Under the pieces are notes generated by a model. That model was not told where the DNA came from. It worked only from the letters and a program-made list of their open reading frames with translations, and did not search any database. A DNA stretch of 64,000 bases from Octopus bimaculoides (taxonomy: Eukaryota). A program made the translations under genes and the position numbers. Positions 34,359 to 46,157 of the stretch are shown here, piece after piece (positions within the stretch are counted from its first letter, which is position 1; each line of letters opens with the position of its first letter). Where the stretch lies: NCBI RefSeq assembly GCF_001194135.2, contig NC_068981.1:132606423-132670422 (forward strand), read 5' to 3'.

Positions 34359-34724
34359 GTAAGTTTGGCTTTTCATTTGTAATTTCTTTTTCTTTTTTTT
34401 TTTCCATTTCTTTATTTATATCAACCTGTATGTTTGTTTTGTCTGTGAAGTGTCCTTCGGCTGGAAGTTCAACATGTAAAAAAAGAAAAAAAACCTTATG
34501 TTCCTAACATATTTATAGGCTCAAAGCATATTTTGTTGGGTCTGGGGAGAGTCATTCTATTTTAGTGCCTTATTATTTAACACACTCACCAGCACCAAAA
34601 GAGAATGATTCTCCCCAGACGCAACAAAATATGCTTCAACACACAAACTCACATAAAGAATCTTGCAAACCAAATCCAAGACCAAAGTGAAGCATATTTA
34701 GTTTTGCAGTATAATCAAAAAAAT

Positions 34725-34905
34725 TATCTCAAATTTTGGCACAAGGTCACCAAGTCTAGGGCAGTGGACTAGTTGATTATATCAACCCCAGTACTCAGCT
34801 GGTACTTATTTTATTGACCACGAAAGGAAGAGAGGCAAAGTCAACCTTGGCAGAGTTTGAACTCAGAACACGAAGAGAGATGAAATACTGCTAAATATTT
34901 TGTCC
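34725..34905 (-). mobile_element. SINE-A
   Basis: Reverse complement of SINE-A (GGCAAAGTCAACCTTGGCAGAGTTTGAACTCAGAAC). Similar antisense copies lie at 27045-27230, 39020-39220, 39255-39440 and 59265-59380. Confidence 0.7.
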
Positions 34906-34914
34906 AACTGTACG

Positions 34915-35230
34915 TGTGATCATTGGAGCTTTGGGAATAATACCAGGCTACTCATAAGTTTCAGAATAACAAAACATTGCTCTCATGGCTACTGCCCACA
35001 TTCTCAGAACAACACTGTCAATCTGAGAATATCTGAACCTTTTAAACTTTCAAAATTGCAGATATTACAATAAACTTTTAATGAAATACCAATTCTCGGT
35101 ATTTGGTCTCCTTTCTCTACAATGTATCATTGCTACTCAGAAATAACACAGTAAAGCATTTAACTTACTATTATTTGTGGTCACTGGGTGAAACTTGGAG
35201 CATAAAACAATGTAACAACAATACTGATTT
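34915..35230 (+). mobile_element. R4/Dong-like LINE extreme 3' end
   Basis: VIIGALGII ... QNIALMATAHILRTTLSI* matches the R4/Dong C-terminus V.IGALG...QK.AL.GTAHILRK.L, followed by a 3' UTR. Confidence 0.7.
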
Positions 35231-35744
35231 GCAAATAGCAACATATATGGAAGGTTCTCTCTCGGTTAATAACACAGTATTCAGTGTTCTAACAAGACAC
35301 CCGTGTTAAGTTGGATATAAAGAGTACCTTTTGGTGTTAATACTGCTTCTATCACCAATAATTAATTTTTAATAAGCCCTTTGACTATTTGTGACATCAG
35401 TGTTTGAAAAGATATTGATATACTATATAACACAGCAGAGAAATCGAGAGAGAGAGAGAGAGAGAGAGATTCAGTTGAAACATAAAACTTCTGCTCAAGT
35501 ACAAGAAGAACCCTTTCTTATACTAACAAAGCTGTGATATACCTGACTAATAATCTCAACCCTATAAATGAGGACAGGAAATGCCCTAAATAACAACAAC
35601 AATTAAAGACTGGACCAATCTAAACTACTTACATTCTTTTGTGAAAAAAAGTTGACAAACCCAATTACTAAGGGCCTAACCCTTTAGCATTTAAACCAAT
35701 CACATCTGGCCGAAACTGGCCTGTTAAAGTCTGTCATACCGGCC

Positions 35745-35777
35745 ATGACGAAGGGAAATAACCCTGAAACTCGAGTC
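35745..35777 (+). ncRNA. Hammerhead-like core (C3A, stem I not formed)
   Basis: AUGACGA AGGG-AAAUAA-CCCU GAAA CUCGAG UC: 4-bp stem II, perfect palindromic stem III ACUCGAGU and GUC site. Confidence 0.5.
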
Positions 35778-36184
35778 ACCTTTATATATTTATATATTTG
35801 ATCCTTTATATTGAACACTCAATATTTCATCTACATTCAATACTTTATTTCATGGTACCATCCATTTTTATTTTATTTTATTTTATATTATATATTGTAT
35901 ATTCCATATTCTATATCCCACATTGGTTCTGCAGGAATATAAATAAAATATAAAAAACAGACAGTGTTGGAACTCTTTTAAACAAAATAATATATATATA
36001 TATATGTGTGTGTGTATCTTTGTGTATGTGTTTGTCCCCTACCACCTCTTGACAACCAGTGTTGATGCATTTATGTCCCTGTAATGTAGCAGTTCAGCAA
36101 AAGAGACTGATAGAATAAGTATTGGGCTCTATGTCTGTTTTGGCATGGTTTCTATGGCTGGATGCCTTTCCTAATGCCAACAAC

Positions 36185-36671
36185 TCATGAACGACAGATT
36201 TTGATAGGTTGAGGTTTTCTGCCAATTCTTGGGTTGTGCAATGTGGGTTATTTTCAATTAATGACTTGATTTGGTCATCATTTGTAGTGGATGGTCTGTC
36301 TGATCGCTCTTTATCAATAAGGCTACAATCTCCAGCTCAGAACCTTGCGAACTACTTCTGTACAGTTCTTTCGGATAATGAAACATCACTGCAAACTGTG
36401 CATATTTCTTTGGTTGCTTGTGAGGCATTTTTCCCTTTACAGAAAAAGAAAAGCATGAAGTGCCAAAAATGAACTTTCTTATCTAGCATTTCAAAGGGTT
36501 ACAGAATTAACACAGGTTATAGGAACATAAACCTTCTTCCACAAAAAAATAGCTTAAACTGTGCTCTAAATGGAGGTGTAATCAAATCCTATTTTATGGA
36601 CTCAACCATGTTCTAAAATAAGTCGAAAGGTAAGCTACTATAAATCGGCACAAACTTTCCAGACAACCCAA
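36185..36671 (-). mobile_element. Mariner transposon, left TIR plus N-terminal transposase fragment (pseudogene)
   Basis: TA|TTGGGTTGTCTGGAAAGTTTGTGCCGATTT TIR at 36642-36671. ATG at 36489 gives MLDKKVHFWHFMLFFFCKGKNASQATKEICTV..LSERTVQK*FARF*AGD..ERSDRPST..DDQIKSLIENNPH.TTQELAE (mariner HTH region). Confidence 0.9.
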
Positions 36672-38503
36672 TATTTTTGGCTGTAACTTTTATATTTTTT
36701 ATTTGATTTTAATGAAATTTGAGATGTAGGTAAATTCTGTGGTGGGGGAGACAGTAAAGGTGTTTATTTAATTCAAAAGGGTTTGAAGGTGTTTATTTTA
36801 TTCAAAAAGGTTTGAAAATGGCACAAATTCAAATTAGCATTTCCTTAGAGACATTCTTATAGATTTTGTAGAAATTTTACACGTGATTACAGTTTATGTC
36901 CATTAGTTGATACCAGCAAGAAGAGTTGACAAAAAAATTGATAATTGCATGTGAGCAGGGGATTTTAAGAAATCAATATGCTTTTTGTATGCAATTACCC
37001 ATAGGATTAATATTTTATGCTGTAACTTTTACAGAATTCATCTGATTTTGAGGAAATTTGACATTTAGGTAAAGTTTATGGTCGGAGTCATGTAGTAGAG
37101 TTGAAATTAAACTGGTGAAAGGCAGAAATTGTCAAAATTCACTCACAATAAAATAATGAACTGATTTTGAAGAAAATTGACCCATGAGTAAAATTAAGCA
37201 CTTTGACATATGAAACATTGATTATTTATATAATGTATTGGGATTTAAAAGTCAATGGTATATTTTCATGTAAATGGTCACATGGATTTTATTTTATGAT
37301 ATAACCTTAACACTTTTCTTCGGATTTTGCTGAGATTGGACACGCTGATCAATTTTGTACAGCGGGTGGCATTAAAGAGAGAGAAATAAACAAACATCAC
37401 TCTCAATGGGTTGAGGTACACCCAAAAGTTTGACTGCAATTTCAGATGGTCCAGTATGCAGGAGTATGTCGTAAGCATTAACCGGGTAAAATCCCTGCTG
37501 AACCAGATATAACATCTTAATGGGTAATTGTTGGCACGGGGAACATAGAAGATTTTAATATAAGGTCAGAGGTGGAGAATGCGCACTGTTTTGGGGCCTA
37601 CCTCTTGATGGCATCAATGTGCACCTCCCCTCACTGATATGAAGCCCGCTTACTAGATCAACTGGTTATCAGATAAAGCTCAATATTCTAGCCATCGCTC
37701 ATCGTTACTTTTTAACCAAATCCAGTATATATATATACATATATATATGTGTGTGTGTGTGTGTATGTATATATGTATATATATATGCATACATCTCTGA
37801 TTTACCTCATGCTAAAAATGCATGAAACATTGAGTTTAGGGAACTTATGTGTGCTTATGTTTAATTAACTGTGCTCTTACGTCATACTGTGGAATGCTGT
37901 AATAATGTAGTTGTTAAGCATGTGTCAGTTTAACCTGTTCCTTGGTACTTGGGTAACCTTTAGCAGAGATAACTCTAATGCACATGTTCAATCCCTCACT
38001 GCTTATGTTCTTTCTGCAGTCATTAACCTTCAGATATTTAGTTTGAGTCTGAAACTGCATCAGTCTCACATATCTTAGAGGGCTTGGAAAGGCCACATGC
38101 ACTGCTTGTTCCCTCCTCATTAAACTTATAAAGTGTGTGTGTGTGTGTGTGTAGAGGTTGTAGAGGCTTTGAATGAAATTTTGTATGGCAGAATAAAACT
38201 GCTTTTGAATCCTGGATAAGTGGGGTAGGCCAACCTTTTAAAATTCAAGCGGATGTGAGATTTTTCTGTCTTTTTGGGAGAGAGCTTGTCAGACATTCAT
38301 AAGCCTCTTGTGGCTCCTTCTAGCCCGGATGGTCATCATCATTATTGTCATGATTGACCAGGCTGCAAAGAGCCAAAGAGGCTAGCGAGTGTCTGGCATG
38401 CTCTCCCTTAAAAGCCAAAAATTCTCATATTCCCTTGAATTTTGAAAGGTGGCCTACTGGGCCATTCAGTTTATTGCCAGCTCCTAGTCATTGGTTCCTT
38501 TAA

Positions 38504-38694
38504 CCCTTTAGCGTTTAAACCTGCCAGATCCAGCCCAAATATTCTACCTGATTTATGTTCAGACTCACCAGATCTAGCCTCTCACACTTACCCTACAACT
38601 TCACTCTGAAAATAAACAATCACATCGTGATTGGTTTAAAACAATGTGAATAAATAAAGTTTACATTTGATAGGGTAATCTGAATGCTAAAGGG
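38504..38694. mobile_element. piggyBac-type MITE
   Basis: TTAA|CCCTTTAGCGTT ... AATGCTAAAGGG|TTTT. A related antisense copy lies at ~25430-25615. Confidence 0.7.
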
Positions 38695-39727
38695 TTTTGG
38701 AGCAAACACCTGGTTCTCTCTTGATCAATATTTTTCCTGCAGGCACTGACCTGTAGGATTTCAAGAAGTGGGCAGCAGCAACAGCTGCATCATTGTCACC
38801 AATCTTAGTGGGCTTGCAGGCATCTCCTTTCTCTTCAACTAACTTATATAAATTTTTAAAATGGGGTTAGATTTTAATCCAGATGCTTGTAATGATCTTT
38901 AGTGAATACATAACAAAGATATTATGCATGTGTTACTGGACTCTCTGTGTCACACAAACCTATGTCTGCCAGCACTCCCATACACATGCATTCTATAATA
39001 ATTTTATTTTTACTTTCTAATTTTGACACAAGGCCAGCAATTTTGAGGGGAGCAAGAAATTGATTACATCGACCCCAGTGTTTAACTTGTACTTATTTTA
39101 TTGACCCCTAAAGAATGAAAGGCAAAGTGGACCTTGACAGCATCTGAATTCGCAACATAAAATGCTGGAAGAAATTCCACTAAGCATTTTTTGCCATTGT
39201 GCTAGTGATTCTGCTAGCTCACCACTTTTACACATGATGTAATAATGGTTTCAAATCTTAGCACAAGGCCAGCAAGTTCCATGGAGGGGGTAAGTCAGTT
39301 TCATTGACCTCATTGCTCAGCTGGTATTTATTTCATCGGCTCCAAAAGGATAAAAGGCAAAGTTGACCTTGGCAGAATTTGAACTCTGAATGTAAAGACA
39401 GATGAAATGTCACTGAGTATTTTGCCTGGGATGCTAACGATTGTCACCTCATTCCCTTAAACACATGATGTAATAATAATTTTCATTATATATCTTACTA
39501 GTTAAAGAAACATAACTCAGTTGAATTTGTATCATTTAAAATTTCATTGAAGTGGTTTTTAGAGAGTGATGTTTCTGGAACAAAAGAACTTCAGTCTTTT
39601 ATCAATTGTAAGTCATTCGACTGTGTCCATTATGAGCCACCCATTGAGTTGAAGGGTTTCATTTGATCATATTGATCTCAGTTACAAAATTGTGACATAA
39701 ACAATATCAGTTTTTAGACACATTTAA

Positions 39728-39949
39728 CCCTTTGTTACCATATTTCTGTTGAGATGCTCTGTGTTTCTTTCAATTGATTTTAAATATAACAAAGAATTTA
39801 AGTAAAATAACTTAGTTATCATTAAGTTAGTGTTAGGAACATAAATTGTGATGAAGGTTTGGCGAAAGATTTTAATTCAGAACTTTTGAAAACAAGGCAT
39901 TTCTACTACAAAGCCAGAGTCGGTTTCAGCCGGGTTGGTATCAAAAGGG
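39728..39949. mobile_element. piggyBac-type MITE
   Basis: TTAA|CCCTTTGTTACC ... GGTATCAAAAGGG|TTAA. Related copies at 48550-48782, ~52795-53020, ~58780-58985 and ~44150-44345. Confidence 0.9.
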
Positions 39950-40354
39950 TTAAAAATAAATACAAGCACACTTGCAATAAACACACATACAAATGCAAAT
40001 ACACACACACACACAACATATTGTGTATTTTCTGGTATACAAGTTGACAGTCTGTAGTGTAAGCATGGAGTGTAAACATCATCACTATTTTCCTAAATCC
40101 TGCTGCATTTCACATGAAATTTTTGATCCTTCAAAGTCATCTCATTATATTAGTCATCTTGATGTATAAGTTGACCTACCTTTGACAATTTACTGGAATA
40201 AATTTTTCTACACCTGGATACCCTTCCTGTTGCCTATATTCCTTCTAGTTCTTTTAAAGCAAGTAATATTATGGCTGTGTGGTTGAACATACTTCCAAAG
40301 AAAATTGCTAATGAACAACACTGCTGCTGTTGTTGTTTTGGTGGCGGGTAATTG

Positions 40355-41465
40355 AAGGTGTATTGACTGTGAAGGTGGTCTTCCTTCACCATCATGGCCA
40401 CATCTTTATTTTCTTCTCTTATAGCTTATTGCTTATCCTTCCCCATATTCTTATTTGGTTGTCGTCTTCAATTTAAAAACTTCCATGTCAGCAGACCTTA
40501 TGAGACATCAATCCCAACATGTCGCACTAATGCCTATTCTTCATCAGGATGTCCCTGTCAAGCATTTCCTGTTCATCTTCATACATCCTCTTCATCTCTT
40601 TCTCTTCTGCAACACTTCATTAACGAGTCTGATTGATGTGGTAGCCATGTGTTTATACAACCACTCTTATTGACCCATCCAAGTCACTAAAAATAACCCA
40701 GATAATTTTTTATAGTTTGTGGTTTCTGCTTGTAATCACTGCAAATAAACTGGTTATACAATGTTTATTTAATTAACACAAGCTATTTCTGGTATATTTC
40801 CTTTTCCTTGGGAAAGTGATACCTATAGGGAAAATCCAACTTACAGCCATTGCATATTGATTGAATATTCTATTACAATTTGTATGATAATTATCTTTAT
40901 AGTTGTCATGTCTGATATTAAAGCAATAGCTAATTAATATACAATGGCTGAAACTTGGGTTTTTTTTCAGCTTGCTGTCACTTTCCCACAGAAAGGAAAA
41001 TATATTATAAATAGCTTGTTTTCATTAAATAAACATGACATATTGCTTCCCTGCAGTGATTACACAAGCAGAAACTACAAACTATAGCAGTTATTATCTG
41101 AGCTGTTTTTAGTGATATAGGTGAATTAGTAAATATGATTGTATAAACACATGGTTGCCACCAACCAGACTTGCTAACCAAGTCATGCAGAAGAGACACA
41201 GATGAAGAAGCTGTATGAAGATGAACCGGAAATGTTTATCAGAGACTTCCTGATGATAAAGAGACATTAGAGAGACATGCTGGTGTTGATTTTTCATAAG
41301 GCTTGTTGAGGAGCTTTCATTGTCTCATGAATGACATGACACACAAGTTTTTGTTACCTGAAGGATGACAACCAAATGAGATTATGGAGAGTGAATAAGC
41401 TTTGAGATAGAAAATGAAGATGTGCCAGTGATGCTGAGGAAAGACCATCTCTGTCACTACACCCC
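40355..41465. repeat. Large diverged inverted repeat (~480-bp arms, ~150-bp spacer)
   Basis: 40355-40830 aligns to the reverse complement of 40980-41465. The ORF track shows the paired peptides QHVALMPILHQDVPVKHFLFIFI (+) and QHVSLMSLYHQEVSDKHFRFIFI (-). Confidence 0.85.
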
Positions 41466-41793
41466 CAAGAAACAGACATCCCTCAAAAAGAACACCTATT
41501 TTATCTCTCACTCAGTCCAGATGAAAACATGTACAAAAGTAGCAACTATTTTAATAACCTTATTTCTTCACACACCCAAACACATGCAAGTACATTGTGC
41601 TGGGATGCAACCAAAGGAAAGTGCAAAGTAATAGCAGCTATAATAGTCAAGTCCGCCTTATCCATCTTTGCTATAGTAAGGTTTTATATGATCACTTAGC
41701 CTGCTAGGAATAACACACCCAGATTGCCTTCAAATCACACTTTACTATTTTCAAAATAGAAGGGCACACACTAGGTAATATAGTCCTAGATAT

Positions 41794-42015
41794 AGTATAG
41801 AAATGTTAGCACGCCAGGCGAAATGCTTAGCGGTGTTTCGTCTGCCGTTACGTTCTGAGTTCAAATTCCGCCGAGGTCGACTTTGCCTTTCATCCTTTCG
41901 GGGTCGATAAATTAAGTACCAGTTACGCACTGGGATTGATGTAATCGACTTAATCCCTTTGTCTGTCCTTGTTTGTCCCCTCTATGTTTAGCCCCTTGTG
42001 GGTAATACTGAAGTA
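41794..42015 (+). mobile_element. SINE-A, young, with 17-bp TSD
   Basis: TSD AATATAGTCCTAGATAT at 41777-41793 and 42016-42032; CpGs intact. Confidence 0.9.
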
Positions 42016-42859
42016 AATATAGTCCTAGATATCTCCAGAGTAAAGCAGAATAATTTTAGTTAGAATACCTTTGATCGTAGGTTTACTCAATCAGGGCTGA
42101 CATAGAGCTAAACAAAAGGCAGTTGGATGGATGGACAGACAAACAGAGAGAAAAAGAGAGAGAGAGAAAAGTGAAGAGCCAGTGGGGGTACTTTCGTTAC
42201 AGTCGACCTGTTAACTAACTCCTTCATGTCACATCCTACTATCTTAACAAAAGGACACATAGGACAGGATAGCCTTGACTGAGCTAGATTGCTTCTGATC
42301 ATCAGTTTGTCCCAATCAGAAGCTGACTTGAAGCTAAATACCAGTAGCAAGGGAGATAAATAGTAGAGAAGTAGAAAATAGCAGTGGAGAGATAAAATGT
42401 GCCCTCACTGACCACACAACGCTCCATTGGGTAACCATTGCATGTTAGAATGTACAGTGTGGTTTTTAGTTTGGTGGAGATAAAGATTAGATATCATATA
42501 TCTGAAACTACAGATTTCTAGATTCACATGTCATAATTCAGCCACTGAATTATGGCTTATCTCATTGGATAAGCTGAATCTTTAACTCAAAGTGCTGAAC
42601 CATGTCAAATGTTTTATCATGCTGATTCTGCCTGTGGATTATGTTACCAGTCTCTGTGAAGTACTCAGGGACGGGGATATTCGGTGTTGAAAGCAACAGC
42701 CATCTACTTATGCTTCATGATCCTTTCCATCAAGGCTGACTTCGGGCTACACAACAACAGCACCAGCTACAATAACAACAAGTTTCACTTCTGCAGTTTT
42801 ATAGTCATCACCATATCATCTTAATCAATGTGAATATTATCAGTGTTGCATATCAAGTT

Positions 42860-43070
42860 TACCATTATTAATGACATCACCGCTATCACCAGCATCATCA
42901 CCATCATCATCATCGTCGTCATCGTCGCATCGCCATCATTATCATTGTCATCATCATTGTCATCATCATCGTCTTTATTGGCATCATTGTAGTCATCGTT
43001 GTCATCAACATCATCATTGTTGTTGTCTTCATCATTACCACCACCACCACCACCACCACCACCACCACCT
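42860..43070. repeat. Compound (CAT)/(CAC) trinucleotide microsatellite
   Basis: Direct sequence; a similar tract lies at 26040-26113. Confidence 0.85.
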
Positions 43071-43569
43071 GTAGCCAATGAGGAAAGAACACTATCACTA
43101 AATGTAGCCTTACATATGTGATGTGTGAGAAAAGTTGGGATGGATGATCATAAGTGGAACACTTAATTTTAGACTGCACATTCATGACCTTCTTGGAGCT
43201 AAACAGAAACAAAAACAGCAATGACATCATCATTATGAGTCAGTGAGAAGGCTTTAATGGGATTGCTCAATCTGTTGAATATAATAGCTAAATCTTCCTC
43301 ACATCACACCTTTCTTAAATTTGGAAAGAACACATTGGATAATGTAGTCTTAGATACACTGTGTCTGAGATGGACTCTGCTGGGTTACTGATGAATTTTA
43401 TGTTTTATTTTACACTCTTCATGAATAAATATGACAATCCAAATATCCTTGGTTCTCTGTACCTATTCTCTCCCTATCCACCTTCTTGTAGCTTGAGGTT
43501 ATGCTCTGGTACTTCATTTCCACCATTCTTTTTCCTTTTCTTTCTTGGGTAACCATGTATCTCCTTTAC

Positions 43570-43720
43570 AGGAATGGTTGGCATTAGGGAGGGCATCCAG
43601 ATGTAGAAACCTTACCAAAACTGACATGGGGGTCCATTACAGCCTTCAGGCTAGTTAGATCCTGTCTAATCATCCAACCCATGTCAGCATGGTACAAGGA
43701 CATTAAAAATAATGATGATA
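43570..43720 (+). mobile_element. RTE LINE 3' tail (decayed)
   Basis: TGGTTGGCATTAGGGAGGGCATCCAG..CCAACCCATG. Further + copies at 45715-45910 and 46560-46757. Confidence 0.7.
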
Positions 43721-44542
43721 CAGGACTAAAAATATATGTTCAGGGCCATATTCCCTTACTTTTTTCACCTGTTGAGCATGCTGAAAGAAGCATGTCCTCT
43801 CTACACCAATGAGCTTGATGCTGTTAATATTTTGTTCAAACTGTTCCAAGTTAAATTGTACAGGAAAGACATGAGCAAGGAGACAATTCGAGAAGGATAA
43901 TATTTTGGGGGTTGGAAGGAATGAGAATAATTGTCAGTGGTGGGTGGAGGATGGGGTTCACTGTTCTTATTTCAAGAATGACAAACTTTCTTTGATCTGA
44001 CATTCTGACTGGATTCAGAGAAAAGTTGCTTGTCATCTCAATAACCTTCCCTTGATTGGAAAGTCTTTTATATTTGACTTATTGTTGTTTCTTTTTTTTG
44101 TGCTCCACTTACAACTCTTTTCTACTGTTTCTTTCATTAACATACTTCAGTTCAAATATGCTGCCTCTGCTTCTGTTAATTTTGAAAGTAATGAAGAGTT
44201 TAGTAAGATAACCTTGTCATTATTAAGCTGGTGTATGGAACCTAAATTATCATGGAATTTTGATGGGAGATTTTAATTTAGATCAAGAAGCTTCTGTCAT
44301 AGAAGTAGGGATGGTCTCAGACAGGTTGGTATCAAAATGGTTAAATCTTGCATCAGACATCATGGCTGGTATTTATAGCATGTCGCATGCTTCCTGTTAT
44401 GAAACGAAATATTTTAATATCTCTGATAATTGACAGCAGAATTAGTGGAATACCGAACATTTCTACATTTAGTCTTGTCCCAATTACTATGTTAGTTCAA
44501 ATTCCGCTGGTTCCATAAAATAATTTTGATCAAATAGGTGCA

Positions 44543-44915
44543 GGCATGGCTGTGTGTTTAAGAAGTTCACTTTGCAATCACATGATTCCGTGTTCAGTCC
44601 CACTGTGCAGTACCTTGGGCAAATGTCTTTGACTACAGCATCAGGTTGGCCAATGCTTTAGGAGTGAATTTAGTAGACTGAAACTGTGTGGAAGACTGTC
44701 ATGTGTGTGTGTGTGTGTGTGTGTTAGTGTCTTTGTGTTTGTCTTCCTCACCACATGACAACTGGTGTTAGTGACTTGGCAAAAGAAACCATTAGAGTAA
44801 GTACCAAACTTAAAGAATTAGTACGGGGTCAATTTATTCAGCTGAACCCTTTAAAGCAGTACCCTAATAGGGCTGCAGTCCAAAGACCAAATCAAGTAAA
44901 AGATAAAAGATATAA
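44543..44915 (+). mobile_element. SINE-B (decayed)
   Basis: Head GGCATGGCTGTGTGTTTAAGAAG, internal (GT)n and TAAAAGA tail. Confidence 0.75.
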
Positions 44916-45949
44916 GGAATATTTATGGAAATTTTGTCTGTGTCATCCTGCAGGTCTTAGGGTATCATGTTAAAGCTAGAAATCACTCATAGTTTCCATC
45001 TACTAAATTCGCTCGTGAAGTATTGGTTGGTTTGGGACTATAGTGGACGACACTTGTCCAAGGAGGGGACTGAACCTGAAACCATGTTGTTCTAATGTTA
45101 CTAATGTTATGTTTTTCAAGAGATATTTCTCAAAGACCATTTTTATTCCTGTTAAGGGGAATGACTCACCACATACTCTTGAAATTTAAGTTGATATTTA
45201 CCCAGTTTGGAATTTGAGAGTACCCAGTAAAGAGTTATATTTAAAGGATTTAAGAATGAATTCTTCTCTATGCAAACATGTGGAAAAGGATGCATCTCTT
45301 CTATTCAAAACATTGGTCAATATAGTCAGTACTTAATACCCTTCAGGTCTGCATAAGTTGCACAAACAATACAATGCAAAGTACTGGTTAGCCCACAATT
45401 ATAGCAGATGCTGTGCAGTAGAACTGAACCTGAAACCATGTGGTTGGAAAATAAACTTAACAATATAGCCTTACGTGCACCTTTTTAGATATATAGATAT
45501 AGATGTACTCACTCACTCACATGTATCTAACTCATGTCAGCATTTAATGGTTTAGCCAGTTTGACAATGGAATTTGGGTCTGGGATGTGAATGAATGGAT
45601 ATGTTGTATATATTGAGTTTTGAAAGTGATTTCTGTTAACCTTACATGTGTGTGTGTGTATGTATATATATACATACACATACCATTTCCATTCCTTTTG
45701 TTGTGCTCACATCAGCCCCACTTGTGCCAGTGCTGTGTAAAAGCACCCAGTACACTCTGTAAAGTAGATGGCATTAGGAAGGGCATCCACCCATTGAAAC
45801 CATACCAAAACAGTCATGGGGCCTGGGCAGCTCCCCAGCTGCTCAGCTTCTGTCAAACTGTCCAACCTACAGCAGCATGGAAAGTAGACGTTAAATGATG
45901 ATGATAATGCTGTATGTGTGACCAATAATGTTTACCTTATTAGAACTGC

Positions 45950-46157
45950 AAGCTGGCAGAGCTATTAGCACACTGGATGAAATGCTTAGCAGTATTTCGC
46001 TTGTTGCTATGTTTTGAGTTCAAATTCTGCCAAGGTCGACTTTGCCTTTCATTCTTTTGGGGGTTGATAAATTAAGTACCAGTGAAACACTGGGGTTGAT
46101 GTAATTGACTAGTCTCCTCCCCCCAAATTTCAGACCTTGTGCCTTTAGTAGAAAGGA
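45950..46157 (+). mobile_element. SINE-A with 13-bp TSD
   Basis: TSD TTATTAGAACTGC at 45937-45949 and 46158-46170. Confidence 0.85.
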
